From contig NW_027266275.1 in assembly GCF_022045235.1 (NCBI RefSeq), positions 29,202,001 to 29,266,000 of the forward strand: a stretch of DNA of 64,000 nucleotides, given 5' to 3'. The DNA is from Haliotis cracherodii. Its lineage: Eukaryota. Shown here piece by piece: positions 49,310-61,848 of this stretch (its first letter is position 1; each line of letters begins with the position of its first letter). The notes below the pieces were generated by a model, which was not told the origin of the DNA, ran no database searches, and saw only the letters and a list, made by a program, of their open reading frames with translations. Made by a program: the position numbers and the translations under genes.

Positions 49310-50527
49310 AGACACAATGAAAAAAGGATGGGAAACAAATGTTGAATGTTAAGGAGGGGACGATAACTCCCAACACGTAAAATCATAAACAGGCGGATTG
49401 CGGAAGTTTCTAATTGTCACACGAGTGTAATTACCACATGTAATCTCCTTGAATGCACCATACGTAAATGGCAAACGCCAAAACAATCAAACCTGGTTCA
49501 TTAATGATCATGAACTAACACTCAAAAATGTACACACACATTTAACTTTAATCACCACACAGATATTTTCGCTTGAGGGTTGAACATATTAAACATTGTG
49601 TTGTTTTGGCCACACTGAACGGAAATTCTATACTCCTGTGTTAAAACTGTTTCTTCTGCAGCGTTTGTTTTGGGGTCATTGCGTGGATATGGATACATTA
49701 GGAAACATTCCTGCCATACATCGAATGGCTATCTATATTAGCTCCAGGTTACAGGTTCGCGCCGTAGTCATATATACAGTATAGATAATCAAACCGAATC
49801 TTAGCCTGACAAGATAATGCATCAACTGATATATACTGCAGCGTTAGAAATTGGCACTAGTCCTGTAGTCCTTACCAAACTGCCCAATAGTAAAAGTATC
49901 CTAAGGACTAGTAGAAATTGGCCCACTTTAAGGGTTCCGCTATATGTTATCATTGTAAGGACTAGTGGACAAAAACTGTTAGTTTCTAACCCTGCTATTA
50001 TAGGCTAGCCGACGAGGGCCCCTGTACAACCATCACTCGTTCCCGAGAGTTTTACTTTGATATTGCTTGATATTTGTTGAAAAACACAACGATTGTTTAT
50101 TTGACTCTTGTTTACAGCTTAATAGACAATATGGGAAATATGTCACGTGATACTTGGAGGTTATCACGCGAGTGTGTTTGGGGAAGGTAACTATCTTGTA
50201 TTAGGACTAAATATTGTATTTAGCGAGTCATGGTCAGCATAGTGTTTATTCCCAATACAGGATATTTACCATCTCCAAACACACAAGCGTGATAACCTCT
50301 TTATCATATAATGCCATTCTTCAATTCTGCGCTCGAAAACTCTCTTCCCATCTCCCACAAACATTATCTAAACGTTGCAAAGTTTCCTGGAATGTGCGCA
50401 TTAATGTATATTACGTCAGAAGGTAAGTCAACAGTCAAGATAGTTCCATCTGAAACCTGTTTCTTATACAGTAGAGTAACTATATACAGGCAAAACAACA
50501 ATTGCCTACACATTTGTTTCTACTTAC

Positions 50528-50544
50528 CTTTCGCGGCAATCCAT
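50528..50544 (-). CDS. Candidate first coding exon A of the fucosyltransferase (MDCRE-R)
   Basis: ATG GAT TGC CGC GAA AG|GTAAGT, phase 2, joins in frame to G TTT GTG AAG at 47102. Confidence 0.55.
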
Positions 50545-51158
50545 CGATCTGTCCGATAGAGTAACTGCCCTTTATCAAAGGGAAGCTACTCCCACCCTAG
50601 TCTATGAAACATCACGTTTGTTTAGAGTCTGCCTGTCCGGTCAAAACGTTACGAAGTGCAGTCAGATGTACACACGTACAGAAGGTAACAATTCGTACAT
50701 ATTTCGGCCAAATCCAACTTTTTTAATTTGGGTAAAGGTTCCAAGCCGCAGAGGTCTACAAGCAAAGATATGGAAACTGCTACTGGCGCTAGGCTAGACT
50801 TAGTGTCCTCGTTAATTTGTTTCGCAATTTATATCTACAAAGATGCCAAAACTTAAATGCCTTAGCTGCGTTACAGTTAGACACTGAGGTTCAGTATATC
50901 AGACTATTCTTTTGATAATGGCAGCAATTATCCGAGTAGTTTATCCAGATTCCCTATCGCCGATTGACAAGGGCCATGTTTGTTTGTAAACACCGAAAGT
51001 AGTCCCTACGTGACCTTTGATATTTGCACGTGACCCCAACAGATATCTTTTTTTATCCGTTGGCTATATCCTGCCGACTTACCGATTATATAATAAAAAC
51101 GCTTTACCAGCTTTATGTACAAGGCAAGGCTTCACATCTAGGCCTAAAACATAGTTTG

Positions 51159-51315
51159 GGCGGTGGGGCAGCCTAGTAGTTAAAGCGTTAGCTTGTCACA
51201 CCGAAGGCCCGGGTTCGATTCCCAAAATGGGTAAAATGTGTGAAGAACCTTTCTGGTGTCCCCCGACGTGATATTGCCGGGATATTGCGAAAAGCGGCGT
51301 AAAACCACTCACTCA
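51159..51315 (+). mobile_element. tRNA-Asp-like SINE family B copy
   Basis: A-box, GTC anticodon-like loop, B-box GGTTCGATTCCC, tail GCGGCGTAAAACCACTCACTC. Confidence 0.85.
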
Positions 51316-51479
51316 TAAGGCATAGTTCATATGTCACCACGTGACCTGGTGTTATGATGACACACAGTATACTTTTTCCTGTTTGACCCTGTTTTTCAAT
51401 TCGGATATTGAAACAATGCAATGTGTTTAATTGTGATTCTGGGCCATTTAGTCGCACGCCATGCCACCCACAAAGCAAA

Positions 51480-51620
51480 ATAGTGATAGAGTATGCGTCA
51501 AGAGCACTGACAGGAGCTGAAGAGAACTATTCCGCTACAGACAGAGAGTGTTTTGGCATTGTGTGGGCGCTGTACAAGTTTTTGTTTACCTTGAGGGGAA
51601 CCAGTTTACAGTTATTCCAG
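51480..51620 (+). pseudogene. Ty3/Gypsy RT-RNase H fragment
   Basis: VIEYASRALTGAEENYSATDRECFGIVWALYKF matches the YASR.L..AE.NYS...RE.L...WA motif. Confidence 0.82.
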
Positions 51621-52020
51621 TTTACATCGTTTGAGTTTACCGGCGACTTGAGTCTAAGCTGACATCAGTAAGGACAGTTTCGACAGATCATCATACAGGT
51701 AGCTAAGTCAATTATGTTATAAAAAACAGTCTGCTTTTATAGTGAAAATGATATGTCAGGGTGCATGAAAATAAGATACGTGGATGCATGGATCGCAATC
51801 GATGTGCATAAAAGATTCATTAAAAACTAATACAAGGCATTAAGATGTCTTTTTGGCCGTCTGTCTGACTGTCGTACTCTGTACAGTACGTGTTAAACGT
51901 GTTGGAGTGTTCAGGTTCCATTGTTATATCACAATGACTCTTATATATGACACGCCTATGACACACGGAGAAAGATCTAAAGTCAATATTTTACTTTAAT
52001 TTAAATAAGATGGAAATACA

Positions 52021-52182
52021 GTGAATGAGTATGGTTTTACGCCGCATTTAGCAATATTCCAGCACTCTCACGGCGGGGGACACAAGAAATAGGCTTCACA
52101 TATTGTATCCATGTTGGTACTCGAACCCGTGTCTTCGGCGTGACGAACGAACGCGTTAGCCACTAGGCTACCCCACCGCCCA
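52021..52182 (-). mobile_element. tRNA-Asp-like SINE family B copy
   Basis: Reverse-complement match to family B. Confidence 0.83.
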
Positions 52183-52444
52183 CATAGAAATTGAAGTATA
52201 TGTGGCTAATGCAGACGCCAATATGTTTACCCGATTGACCTCAATTCACTCACTCCAACCTTATGACACATTGGTCTGGAAACTTACATGCTATTATTGA
52301 GAAACAAACGTGAGTGATTGGCTGGGGTTTAACGCTGATTTGAACATTTTTTCAGTTTTATCATGGCGTGTTAGTTTAATATTGGTTGAAAGCCACAGTT
52401 TATATATTTCCTTAACGTTTACCACTTTGGTGAAACCCATCAGT

Positions 52445-52561
52445 ACTCACTCACTCACTCTCTCACTCACATACACTCTCTCTCTCTCCCTCACTCACAC
52501 ACGCACTCACTCACTCACTCTCCCACTCACTCTCCCACTCACCCACCACTCACTCACTCAC
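52445..52561. repeat. (CACT)n microsatellite
   Basis: Direct inspection. Confidence 0.85.
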
Positions 52562-53235
52562 TTTTCCAAACAAACTTCCATTATAGCTATAAACAGTTGA
52601 ACACATTTCTACAATCTGTTGAAAACATTTGATCATATCGACCTTTAAAACCAACACACAGTTCACAGTCAACTGGTTGTGTTGATTCATGGGTCAAATT
52701 AAATCTTATCAACCAAGGACAACATGTTCGACTTTGACCGCTCATGTCCGGGGCAGTTGGTATAATTCCCGTTATGTAAGTGAATCTCCCAAGAATGCCC
52801 TATGTTTATAACGTGTGGAGTTAAATACTTAACCACACTAAACATGGCGGCAACGACCATACATAAAACTCGTTCGACAGTGCATAGCAGGAGCTATCAG
52901 AGCATGTTACGGCACGCCCAAACAAGACTTGCTGCCAGTCGTTTAACACAAAGGCAAAAGTTAACTCCTAATTAAAGTTTGTTACATACGCTTAACGTCG
53001 CTACAGTGACAGCACGAAGTTAATGCTAACACCAGTAGAAATATGCATGAAGTAGGACGATCGGAAACACTGACTGACTGCCACCCAAACTGTCACCCCC
53101 TTCAATATATCAATAATCGAACCGTTAAACTGATCAATAGCATTTGAAAAGATTAGTGTCAACAAGACACAACAAAATAGTTGTACAAGTTAGTACAATA
53201 GTCGTCAGTAAGGTTTTTAGTTTAAAAGAACTTAC

Positions 53236-53279
53236 CGAAGCCCGTACATCCAGTAATTACATCTTCTCGCTTTGGCCAT
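53236..53279 (-). CDS. Candidate first coding exon B of the fucosyltransferase (MAKARRCNYWMYGL-R)
   Basis: GTGATGG start, 44 nt open, CG|GTAAGT donor, phase 2, in frame with the exon at 47102. Confidence 0.55.
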
Positions 53280-54940
53280 CACCCACACTCTCAGCATATC
53301 GGTTCCCCCTTTCACGCTAGGGTGTTTTCTTTAGGAAAAGCAGGTCACCCCAACATGTACGCGGAGGGGGGGGGACGATTTTGAACAGACCCACAGACAG
53401 GCCAAGTTGCTCCTGTATCGTGAATATATATTAGAATTAGTCCATTCTGCTCTATATCCGTGCTGTGTTGTTGCTGTATAGGGCATATTGTACTCGTGTC
53501 TATTGGTATATAAAAAGGGTCCCGTCAAAGTTATTGCAACGCTTGACTAACTTCCTCCTATGGGCTGACTGTATTGCCTTATATTGGGGCATAACCGATG
53601 CATATACCACCATACTATTACATTGTTCATTCGAGCATAACATCCCTTTAACACATAGGATATGTCTCAAAGAGACTGCATCATTATCATGGGCTTTTTT
53701 TGGCAGCATGTCAAACGGGAGTGACATTTATCATAACCACGTTGGGTTAATTTACACGTTAAGTTGTAAATTAATTTGTCGGAATTTTTTTTTGTTTAAA
53801 TGAAACGAGGATATCCATGTAATATTTCTTAGGTTGGCTGACATGCACTTACACATGGACTAAACAAACTATTTGGATCTGGGGAAGGCAATTATGAGTT
53901 ATGCCCCTTCGCCATACCAGGATAAACTGGTCGAGGTAGAATCTTTGTTTCGCTTCTATTATGCTCGTCGGTCCGTCTAAACGTGTACCTCATTTTAAAA
54001 ACATTGTTCAAATTTGCATTTAACCCAACCCACTCACTCACACTGTAAAAATGTGTTAAGATTCTAAACACAAACCTAGGAGCGTACCCCGCCCAATCAT
54101 TTAGGATGTTTAACAGTTAAACATGTTTAGGATGTAAATGTGGGAAAGACCCGTACCCGTACTCCACCAGCCACACACACACCCCTACCTACCCCCCCCC
54201 CCCTACTGTGCAACGCCTTCTCCGTTCAAATGTTTGTCCCACGGAAGCGACGGGCCGTAACTGTCGTTCGGAATACCTCGTGTAAGCGTTTTCGAGGTTG
54301 CATAATGAGAAAACACATTCCGACTGTCACTTTCATGACCTGGTAAGCGACGCTTTGATTGGTTGGATGAAAGGTCGTTCTGACGTGACCCGTAATGGGA
54401 TGTCCTAAGATCTTTGTTTAGCGTCAACAAAGCGTTAAAGTAGAGTCAATTATACGATGCCGACAATATCAAAAGATCCAACATGTTCGTGACAGCATTG
54501 TCCCGAACTACACAACACTAACATCTCGAGTCAAGCAACATACTTAAAGGGAGACTAGACTCGGGCCACTTGGCAGTCCCAGCTAATTTGATCGCTCAAG
54601 ACTCTAAATTGTCTGTTCACTCATATTTGTGGATGCATATCCACCTTGACGATACCATACCTACACACATACAATTACAGCTTATCCCCTAGCGTCGATC
54701 TTGCATCAAACGGGAGGCAAAGATTTAAGACTTTAAGATTATTTTGTTTGCTGATAACGAAATGCTATTCAGGTGGAGGCTACGTTGTGTTTTGAAATGT
54801 TATAATGACAGAAAAAATATGTCCGCACCAACATTATATAAGCATTTACCATTTAAGTAATAGTTACCAATAAACACACATATCTATAGACACATACCAA
54901 CAGACACACATACATGTAGACCCATATAGCATATACTTAT

Positions 54941-55134
54941 CTCGGTGGGACCTCCACCATTATTCCAAATTTCAAAATTTCAAAAAATCAATATAAGCAA
55001 CCCCTAAAAGACCCCTCTTGGGTTGCACACACCACTTTCACCCTTCTCGGAATACACTAAATGGTCCGGCCAGGCCCGTGTGCGAAATACGCTGTAGTCG
55101 GAAAGCGCACGTTAAATCTTCTATATCAGTCAGT
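54941..55134 (+). mobile_element. Extremely 5'-truncated LINE copy (3' UTR only) related to 6660-6841
   Basis: Shared GCAACCC..GGGTTGC and GGCCCGTGTGCGAAATACGC..AGTCGG.AAGCGCACGTTAAATCT; (CAGT)n tail; TSD CATATACTTAT at 54930-54940 and 55135-55145. Confidence 0.85.
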
Positions 55135-55675
55135 CATATACTTATATAGTACACTGATGAAACAGCGATAGTAAAAGAGAGGGATGAAAAACAGTGCATT
55201 AAAATGTAGTGGGTAATTTCATCATTATCCACTTACTTTCTGGTTAGTGTTTAATTTCAACAAAAAGAAAATTCGAACCACAGCTCAACAAACATAATGT
55301 AAAAAATTCAACAACAGTGTAACATAATATCAAAATACAACAATACTGTAATCGAATACTGAACATAACAGTACTGTAACATGGTACCAAAACATATAAG
55401 TACTTAGCATGATATCAAAACATGTCAGTACTTAATGTAATATAAAACATGTAAGTACTTTAAAATAATATGAAAACACATCAATGTTGTTACATAATAT
55501 CCAAACACTTGTCTCACTTCCAAATGCTACCACTTGAAACTGAACATCGACACTTATGGGTTATCGTGGTTTTCAATCCAAGGTTATGATCCTTGGTTTA
55601 CTATGGAAACAACCGGTACTACCGGTAGGGCAGTACATACTGAGCCTTTTCGCGACCACTTGGTGTCATCATTGA

Positions 55676-55845
55676 GTGAGTGAGTGTGTGAGTATGGTTT
55701 TACGCCGCTTTTAGCAATATTCCAGCAATATCACGGCGGGGGACACCAGAAATCGGCTTCACACAAAGTACCCATGTCGGGAATCGAACCCGGGTCTTCG
55801 GCGTGACGAGCGACCACTTTAACCACTAGGCTACCCGACCGGCCC
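55676..55845 (-). mobile_element. tRNA-Asp-like SINE family B, full-length young copy
   Basis: Intact A/B boxes; 15-bp TSD TGGTGTCATCATTGA at 55661-55675 and 55846-55860. Confidence 0.92.
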
Positions 55846-57679
55846 TGGTGTCATCATTGATTTTCAGTAATCTAATCATATCATTTTCAGCACTATTTTG
55901 CCTTTTATGCCAAATGAAAGGCACCTATTCAATACGTTGACCTTTCGAAATATTAGAACAACCTCCGTTACCTATATACCGTTAACAACAATGATGTTTT
56001 AATTACGTCCCTTTGTGGTGCCAGGATTCACTTATCTTGGCTTCCAATCGAAGATTCTCCCGAATTATTTTAAAATCTATCCATGGAAAGTTTTTTAACT
56101 GGAAAAGACACTGGTAGTTATATATCTCAGAAAAAGTAGTGTACATTATGTCTGATATGAAAAGGTGTCGTGTACTGTGTATGTAGTAACGAATAGTCTT
56201 CGCACTGGAACGATAATCAGTTTTGCACATTGTTCTAGATTTTTTGTTATGCCCAAAATTGTTTGATAAAATTTGTTTTTATATACAACTTTGCATTCAT
56301 GACTCACTCGTGTATATATGAACTTTTTCTTGTCGCTATATGGCTGAAATACGTTAATTGTTTACTCACTCCCTCACTCATTTATAAATTTTTGAATAAA
56401 TGATGCCAGGAAGGCCAAAAACGCATAAATTGTGTTGATTTAAAAGCGAAATTTGCAAGATAGTTGTCGAAGAGGGGCGCTTCCTATATTTTTCGTTGAA
56501 TATAATCGAAAGTAGGCTCACCATTGAAATATGTGCTGTTAAAAATACTTTATTTAATCAGTTTTGACCAAGGTTAATACATATCTTCTTCTTTCTGGAT
56601 GACTACCACAATAATGTGCACGTGAAAGATATATGACACTAGGTTACACGCATGACGTGACAAAATGACGACGTTGTCTGTGACATCCATTCATACGTAA
56701 TGTCAGCCCTTGCATGTATTTGCGACGGAAGTATATAACCCCACAACCGATCATGATCCATCAAGTGCACTGACAAGACACTCCTGTTGTGTCCTCGCCA
56801 TCTGTCTCCCTGTGTGATGGCCGCATCCTACACCAGCACGTGCTCGCTCGTCTCCGGGGCAGGTCACGTGCAAACCGGAAGTGTACATGACCCGTCATCC
56901 ATTAATCCAAATATCCGGTGTAGATGCGGGCGAACGGATGCATTTAAGAAAATATATCATTGAACTGAATATATCGCCAATTAACGGCTAATTAGAGATG
57001 TTATCAAATGCACGAATGGTAGTCGCAGGTATTGTCGGAACATTACCCGTGCTGTTGTGGTCTATTATCATGGAGACATATGTATCTCAATACCAAAAAA
57101 TGAAACCAGTCATGAAATTCCTGTCATATCTTAATCAAAATACTATTCAAAGTGGCGTAGAACACAAATCACTCACTTAATGTACCATACAGATCACAGA
57201 CAAACGCTTAGTCACTGAAAAGAAACAAACAACTCTATCTAAATAGAATGGCGTTTCAGTGATACGTTGTGATTGAACCTGTGGAAAATCTAATTTGCTT
57301 CATTTAGAGCTGTAGCATTTGGGTAAAGGCCGGGGGGAAGGGAAAATAATATGGTTCAGGGACTGTGAGAGACATGCAGGTCCCTGCTAGCCGAGGTGGT
57401 CGGTGTGTGTCATCACGTGCTGCCATGCATGGTCGTATTCACACATGACATCAATATATTGTAGACATGGCGTCACTTTGACATCTATATAACACTAATA
57501 TGACATCACCATGGTATCTATATAACAGTGACGTGTCATTTTTATATAACTCTGACATGCCTCACATGGAATTTATATAACATCGACATTTAACCCCAAT
57601 GACATATACATGACCTCATTATTACATACACGTGGACACGACAAGAACATGACATACACGTGAGGCCGAAAGGGCTTCT

Positions 57680-58755
57680 CGATATTTATGTTACTATGCC
57701 CGAGGAGGACCTTGAAATATATGTTACTGTACCCGAGGAGGACCTTGGTATTTATGTTACTGTGCCCGAGAAAGACCTTGATATTTATGTTACAGTGCCC
57801 GAGAAAGACCTTGCTATTTATGCTACACTGTCCGAGTAAGACCTTGATATTTATGTGACACTGCCCGAGAAAGACCTTGATATTTATGTTACAATGCCCG
57901 AGGTAGACCTTGATATTTATGTTACAGTGCCCTAGGAAGACCTTGATATTTATGTTACAGTGCCCGAGCAAGACCTTGATACTAATGCTACAGTGCCGAG
58001 ACCTTGATATTTATGTTACAGAGTCCGAGTAAGACCTTGATATTTATGCTACAGTGCCCGAGGAAGACCTTGATATTTATGTTACAGTGCCCGAGCAAGA
58101 CCTTGATACTAATGCTACAGTGCCCGAGTAAGACCTTGATATGTATGTTACAATGCCCGAGTAAGACCTTGATATTTATGTTACAGTGCCCGAGGAAGAC
58201 CTTGCTATTTATGTTACAGTGCCCGAGTAAGACCTTGATATTTATGCCACAGTGTACGATTAAGACCTTGATATTAATGTTACAGTGCCCGAGAAAGACC
58301 TTGATATTTATGTTACAGTGCCCGAGAAAGACCTTGCTATTTATGCTACACTGCCCGAGTAAGACCTTGATATTTATGTTACAGTGCCCGAGAAAGACCT
58401 TGATATTTATGTTACAGTGCCCGAGAAAGACCTTGCTATTTATGCTACACTGCCCGAGTAAGACCTTGATGTTTATGTTACAATGCCCGAGGTAGACCTT
58501 GATATGTATGTTACAGTGCCCGAGAAAGACATTGATATTGATGTTACAGTGCCCGAGTAAGACCTTGATATTTATGCCACAGTGTACGATTAAGACCTTG
58601 ATATTTATGTCACAGTGCTCGTGTAAGACCTTGATATTTATGTTACAGAGTCCGATTAAGACCTTGATATTTATGTCACAGTGCCCGAGGAAGACCTTGA
58701 TATTTATGTCACCGTGCCCGAGGAAGACCTTGATATTTATGTTACAGTGCCCGAT
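57680..58755. repeat. 33-bp minisatellite (~32 copies)
   Basis: GACCTTGATATTTATGTTACAGTGCCCGAGAAA. Confidence 0.95.
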
Positions 58756-60117
58756 GAATGCCCTCGTCCTGTCTGTGGACGTTAGATTCATGCTGCGAGA
58801 CTTCCTGCACACAGGGACAATAATGATATGCCTGGCCCACTTGTCGGGAAAATATCTCGGCATTTATTAAAAGCATATTTTAATGATCAGATTGTCAATG
58901 CATCTAAAGCTACAGGGGGTATAAGCTGAAATTCGAGAGCATTAAATTACTACAATTAATGAATTAGATCGCTCTGCTAATCTGATGTGCTGATTACAAA
59001 ACCACAGTGCACTTGCTCATTGCTAATACTCTTCTCTGGATAAAAAAGACAGAAAGACTGAAGATAATTGAATCAAAGTGTAGTCGTTGCTGCGCCAAAT
59101 GATGCTTCCTCGGCTTGAACACTACTGCTGGACGTATCGCCTAGTCCCAGACTTCATTTATTCATTACCGTGGCTCGTTGGGCTGTATAATTAATGATAA
59201 TTATCGCGAAAGCCTCAGCTAATTGTTGCCAATATCCTTTTATTGGACTGTTTCTTCAAATCACTGGCTCTTTTGTTCATTGAAGCTTCCAGCGATTTTT
59301 CAATGCCACCACCATTTTAGTGGAAATCGATGTCCAGCCAGAGCCTCGTTTTCGTCCCCACAGGTTTTCCCTCTCCATTGCGCCACCGGCTGTTGTTCCT
59401 ATGATGGCGCTGCACTCCCCAACCCTCGCGCTGCACTCTCCTCACACCGATCTTTGTTTCCAAACACCAATCCATACCTACGTGTGGACGGTGGGTCAAA
59501 AAGTGCACATATCTCAAGCAAGCCATTTCATCATGGCATCAAGTACACAGACTCATACAAGCATTGTTTTGCTTTCATGCTCAAAAGTTGATTATATTCA
59601 GGAGAATTAATGACTCTTCTAAAACCTATCAGTGTATTTGCTTGATTGACAAGACATCGACGTTTAGTCGGTTATTAGTAAACCAAGTGTCTGCGGCGGA
59701 CGGTTTTTGTATAGACCAGCTGGGACCAATACAGGTTAGCTTTGTACAATAATAATACGGCCGTGATTGGACCCTGGATGGGAGGATTCCACCTGCATCC
59801 TTATATAGCATCTGAAGTACCTGCATCAAGGCCTCAGGGTAGTGGGGTCTTTTATTTGCGAGGTAAACTCCTGGGCTCTGTCTTCACGCCATTACTGACG
59901 ATGTCGATGTTAACCATTGTAGTTACGATCGTCTTAGTGCCAAGATCGCTTTGTAAAACGGGATATGAAAGATAGGAAACTAAGTTTGTTTCGGTCAATT
60001 CTTGTCTGCAGTGTCCATGACTGTCTGAGACCTAACTGTATTCAGCATGGACAGAGAACAGCATAACATGGGCAGACCGTAGCAAAGCAATCACATGTCC
60101 GCCGGAGATATATACGA

Positions 60118-60272
60118 CTAGGTAGCTTGGTGGTAAAGGTGTTACCTCGTCACTCCTTAGACCCGGGTTCGATTCCCTTCACATGTACAATCTGTGAAAC
60201 CTATTTCTGGTGTCCCCTTGGTGATACGGCTCGAATAGTCTTAGAAGCGTTGTACAACCATACTCACTCATT
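60118..60272 (+). mobile_element. tRNA-Asp-like SINE family B copy
   Basis: B-box GGGTTCGATTCCC and tail AACCATACTCACTC. Confidence 0.75.
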
Positions 60273-60344
60273 CGTCACGCCTAAGGCTCAAATTCGGTAT
60301 GATGCGAGAAGCCCATTTCTGGTGTCCAATTGTCATTTAGGAGG

Positions 60345-60710
60345 AGATCCGGGGTAGAATAGGTCTTCAGTAACCCATGCTTGCCGTAAAAGGCGACTAT
60401 GCTTGTCGTAAGAGGCGACCCACGGGATCGGGTGGTCAGACTCGCTGACTTGGTTGATGCATGTCATCGTATCCAAACTCCGTAGATCGATGCTCATGAT
60501 GACAATCACTGGATTATCGGTATACTCGATTATTTACAGACTGCCGTCATATAGCTGGAATATTGTTGAGTGCGGCATAAAACAACAAACGATCAAAGAT
60601 GGTGGAGATGCCAAAATGTCATATGTTGTTTGTAAGTTACAGTTGTTCAATATAGCTGGAATATTGCTGAGTGCGGCGTTAAACAACAAATAAACACTCA
60701 AACAAACAAA
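60345..60710 (+). mobile_element. Family A SINE plus an extra 3'-tail fragment
   Basis: Double-hairpin variant; second ATAGCTGGAATATTGCTGAGTGCGGCGTTAAACAAC at ~60652-60690. Confidence 0.82.
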
Positions 60711-61623
60711 CATTAAGTAGGATATTTCTAAAAGCGGCATAACATTCTATTCACTCTTTCATTCGTCGGAGATGGACGACTGATTTGCTGTTGCGGGTCG
60801 TTTTGAAATGAACAATGTCTACTGAAATGCCGTTAAATCATCGTGGTTCGGTTCTCAACACCGACATGTCAGGCCTGTTTTTATATGGTAAAACCCTGCA
60901 TGCAGGCCTTGAGTTCAGCATCAAGGTAACCTTCAGGAGAACTGATACGGCAATTTCGACTCATGATCATAACCTTTCGGCACTGCTAGTATACAGCCTA
61001 CAGTCAATGTGTAAAATGTGATTCAAATTTTACAAATTGACTGATTTCACACATGTACTATATGTATATAATTGCCTACTTCACAAACATGTTAATTCAA
61101 CATCTGTCTATATATTTTTGTCATTCCGTGGCGTGTAAAGCCTTTTTCCAGTCAATATATCTGTAGTAAATCTAACAGGGATGAGTCGCATGACTAGAGC
61201 AATGTGATATCTTGATGTAACCTTGTGACTGAACCGAACATAGTTGCATCCTGTAACAGTGCCATTATCCTCTGGACCTGTGTTCGAATCCCACATTTCC
61301 GCTGATTATGATCTTTGGTTGGTCAGCACCATGCCCTCCCTCGTGGGCTTCTATGCCCTGTCACATGACAAGTCACGATATAACAGAAATAGTATTCAAA
61401 ACGATGTTAATTTCAGTTTCATTTTAAACATCATCATGAAAAAGTATCATCTCTAAGACTCTTCTGTTAAACATTAGTATCAAAATATCAATTGTGGAGT
61501 TGTAAATAAATTAAAAAAGTGTAGAAGAAAAAATCTTAACGATATAATTTGTTTGACATCAGTAGGATTTTAAAACAAGACGTAACACTCAATTCTTTTA
61601 TTCTTTAATCTCAATGTTACTGC

Positions 61624-61848
61624 CCCGTGAAGATCCGGGGTAGAATAGGTCTTCAGCAACCCATGCTTGTCGTAAGAGGCGACTAACGCTGACTAGGTTG
61701 ATGCATGTCATCGTATCCCAATTGCGTGGATCGATGTTCATGATGTCAATCACTGGATTATCTGTTCCAGACTCGATTATTTACAGACCGCCGTCATATA
61801 GCTGCAATATTGCTGAGCGCGGCGTTAAACAACAAATAAACAAACAAA
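61624..61848 (+). mobile_element. Family A SINE (single-hairpin variant)
   Basis: CCCGTGAAGATCC start, (AAAC)n tail, flanks CTCAATGTTAC / CTCAAAGTTAC. Confidence 0.87.

Noticed and set aside
51159-51225. Possible tRNA-Asp genes
   Set aside because: No acceptor-stem pairing; each continues into a SINE body with tail and TSDs
57573-58870. Cys/His-periodic ORFs on both strands (GHCNINIKVFL / LIFMLQCPRKT)
   Set aside because: Translation of a 33-bp minisatellite; frame breaks near 57990, no unique domain or splice context
59223-59591. THAP-like pattern (CATGC...LFP...HISSKPF)
   Set aside because: The C-x2-H zinc ligands and Trp are missing and the start is non-ATG; too weak without an HMM search
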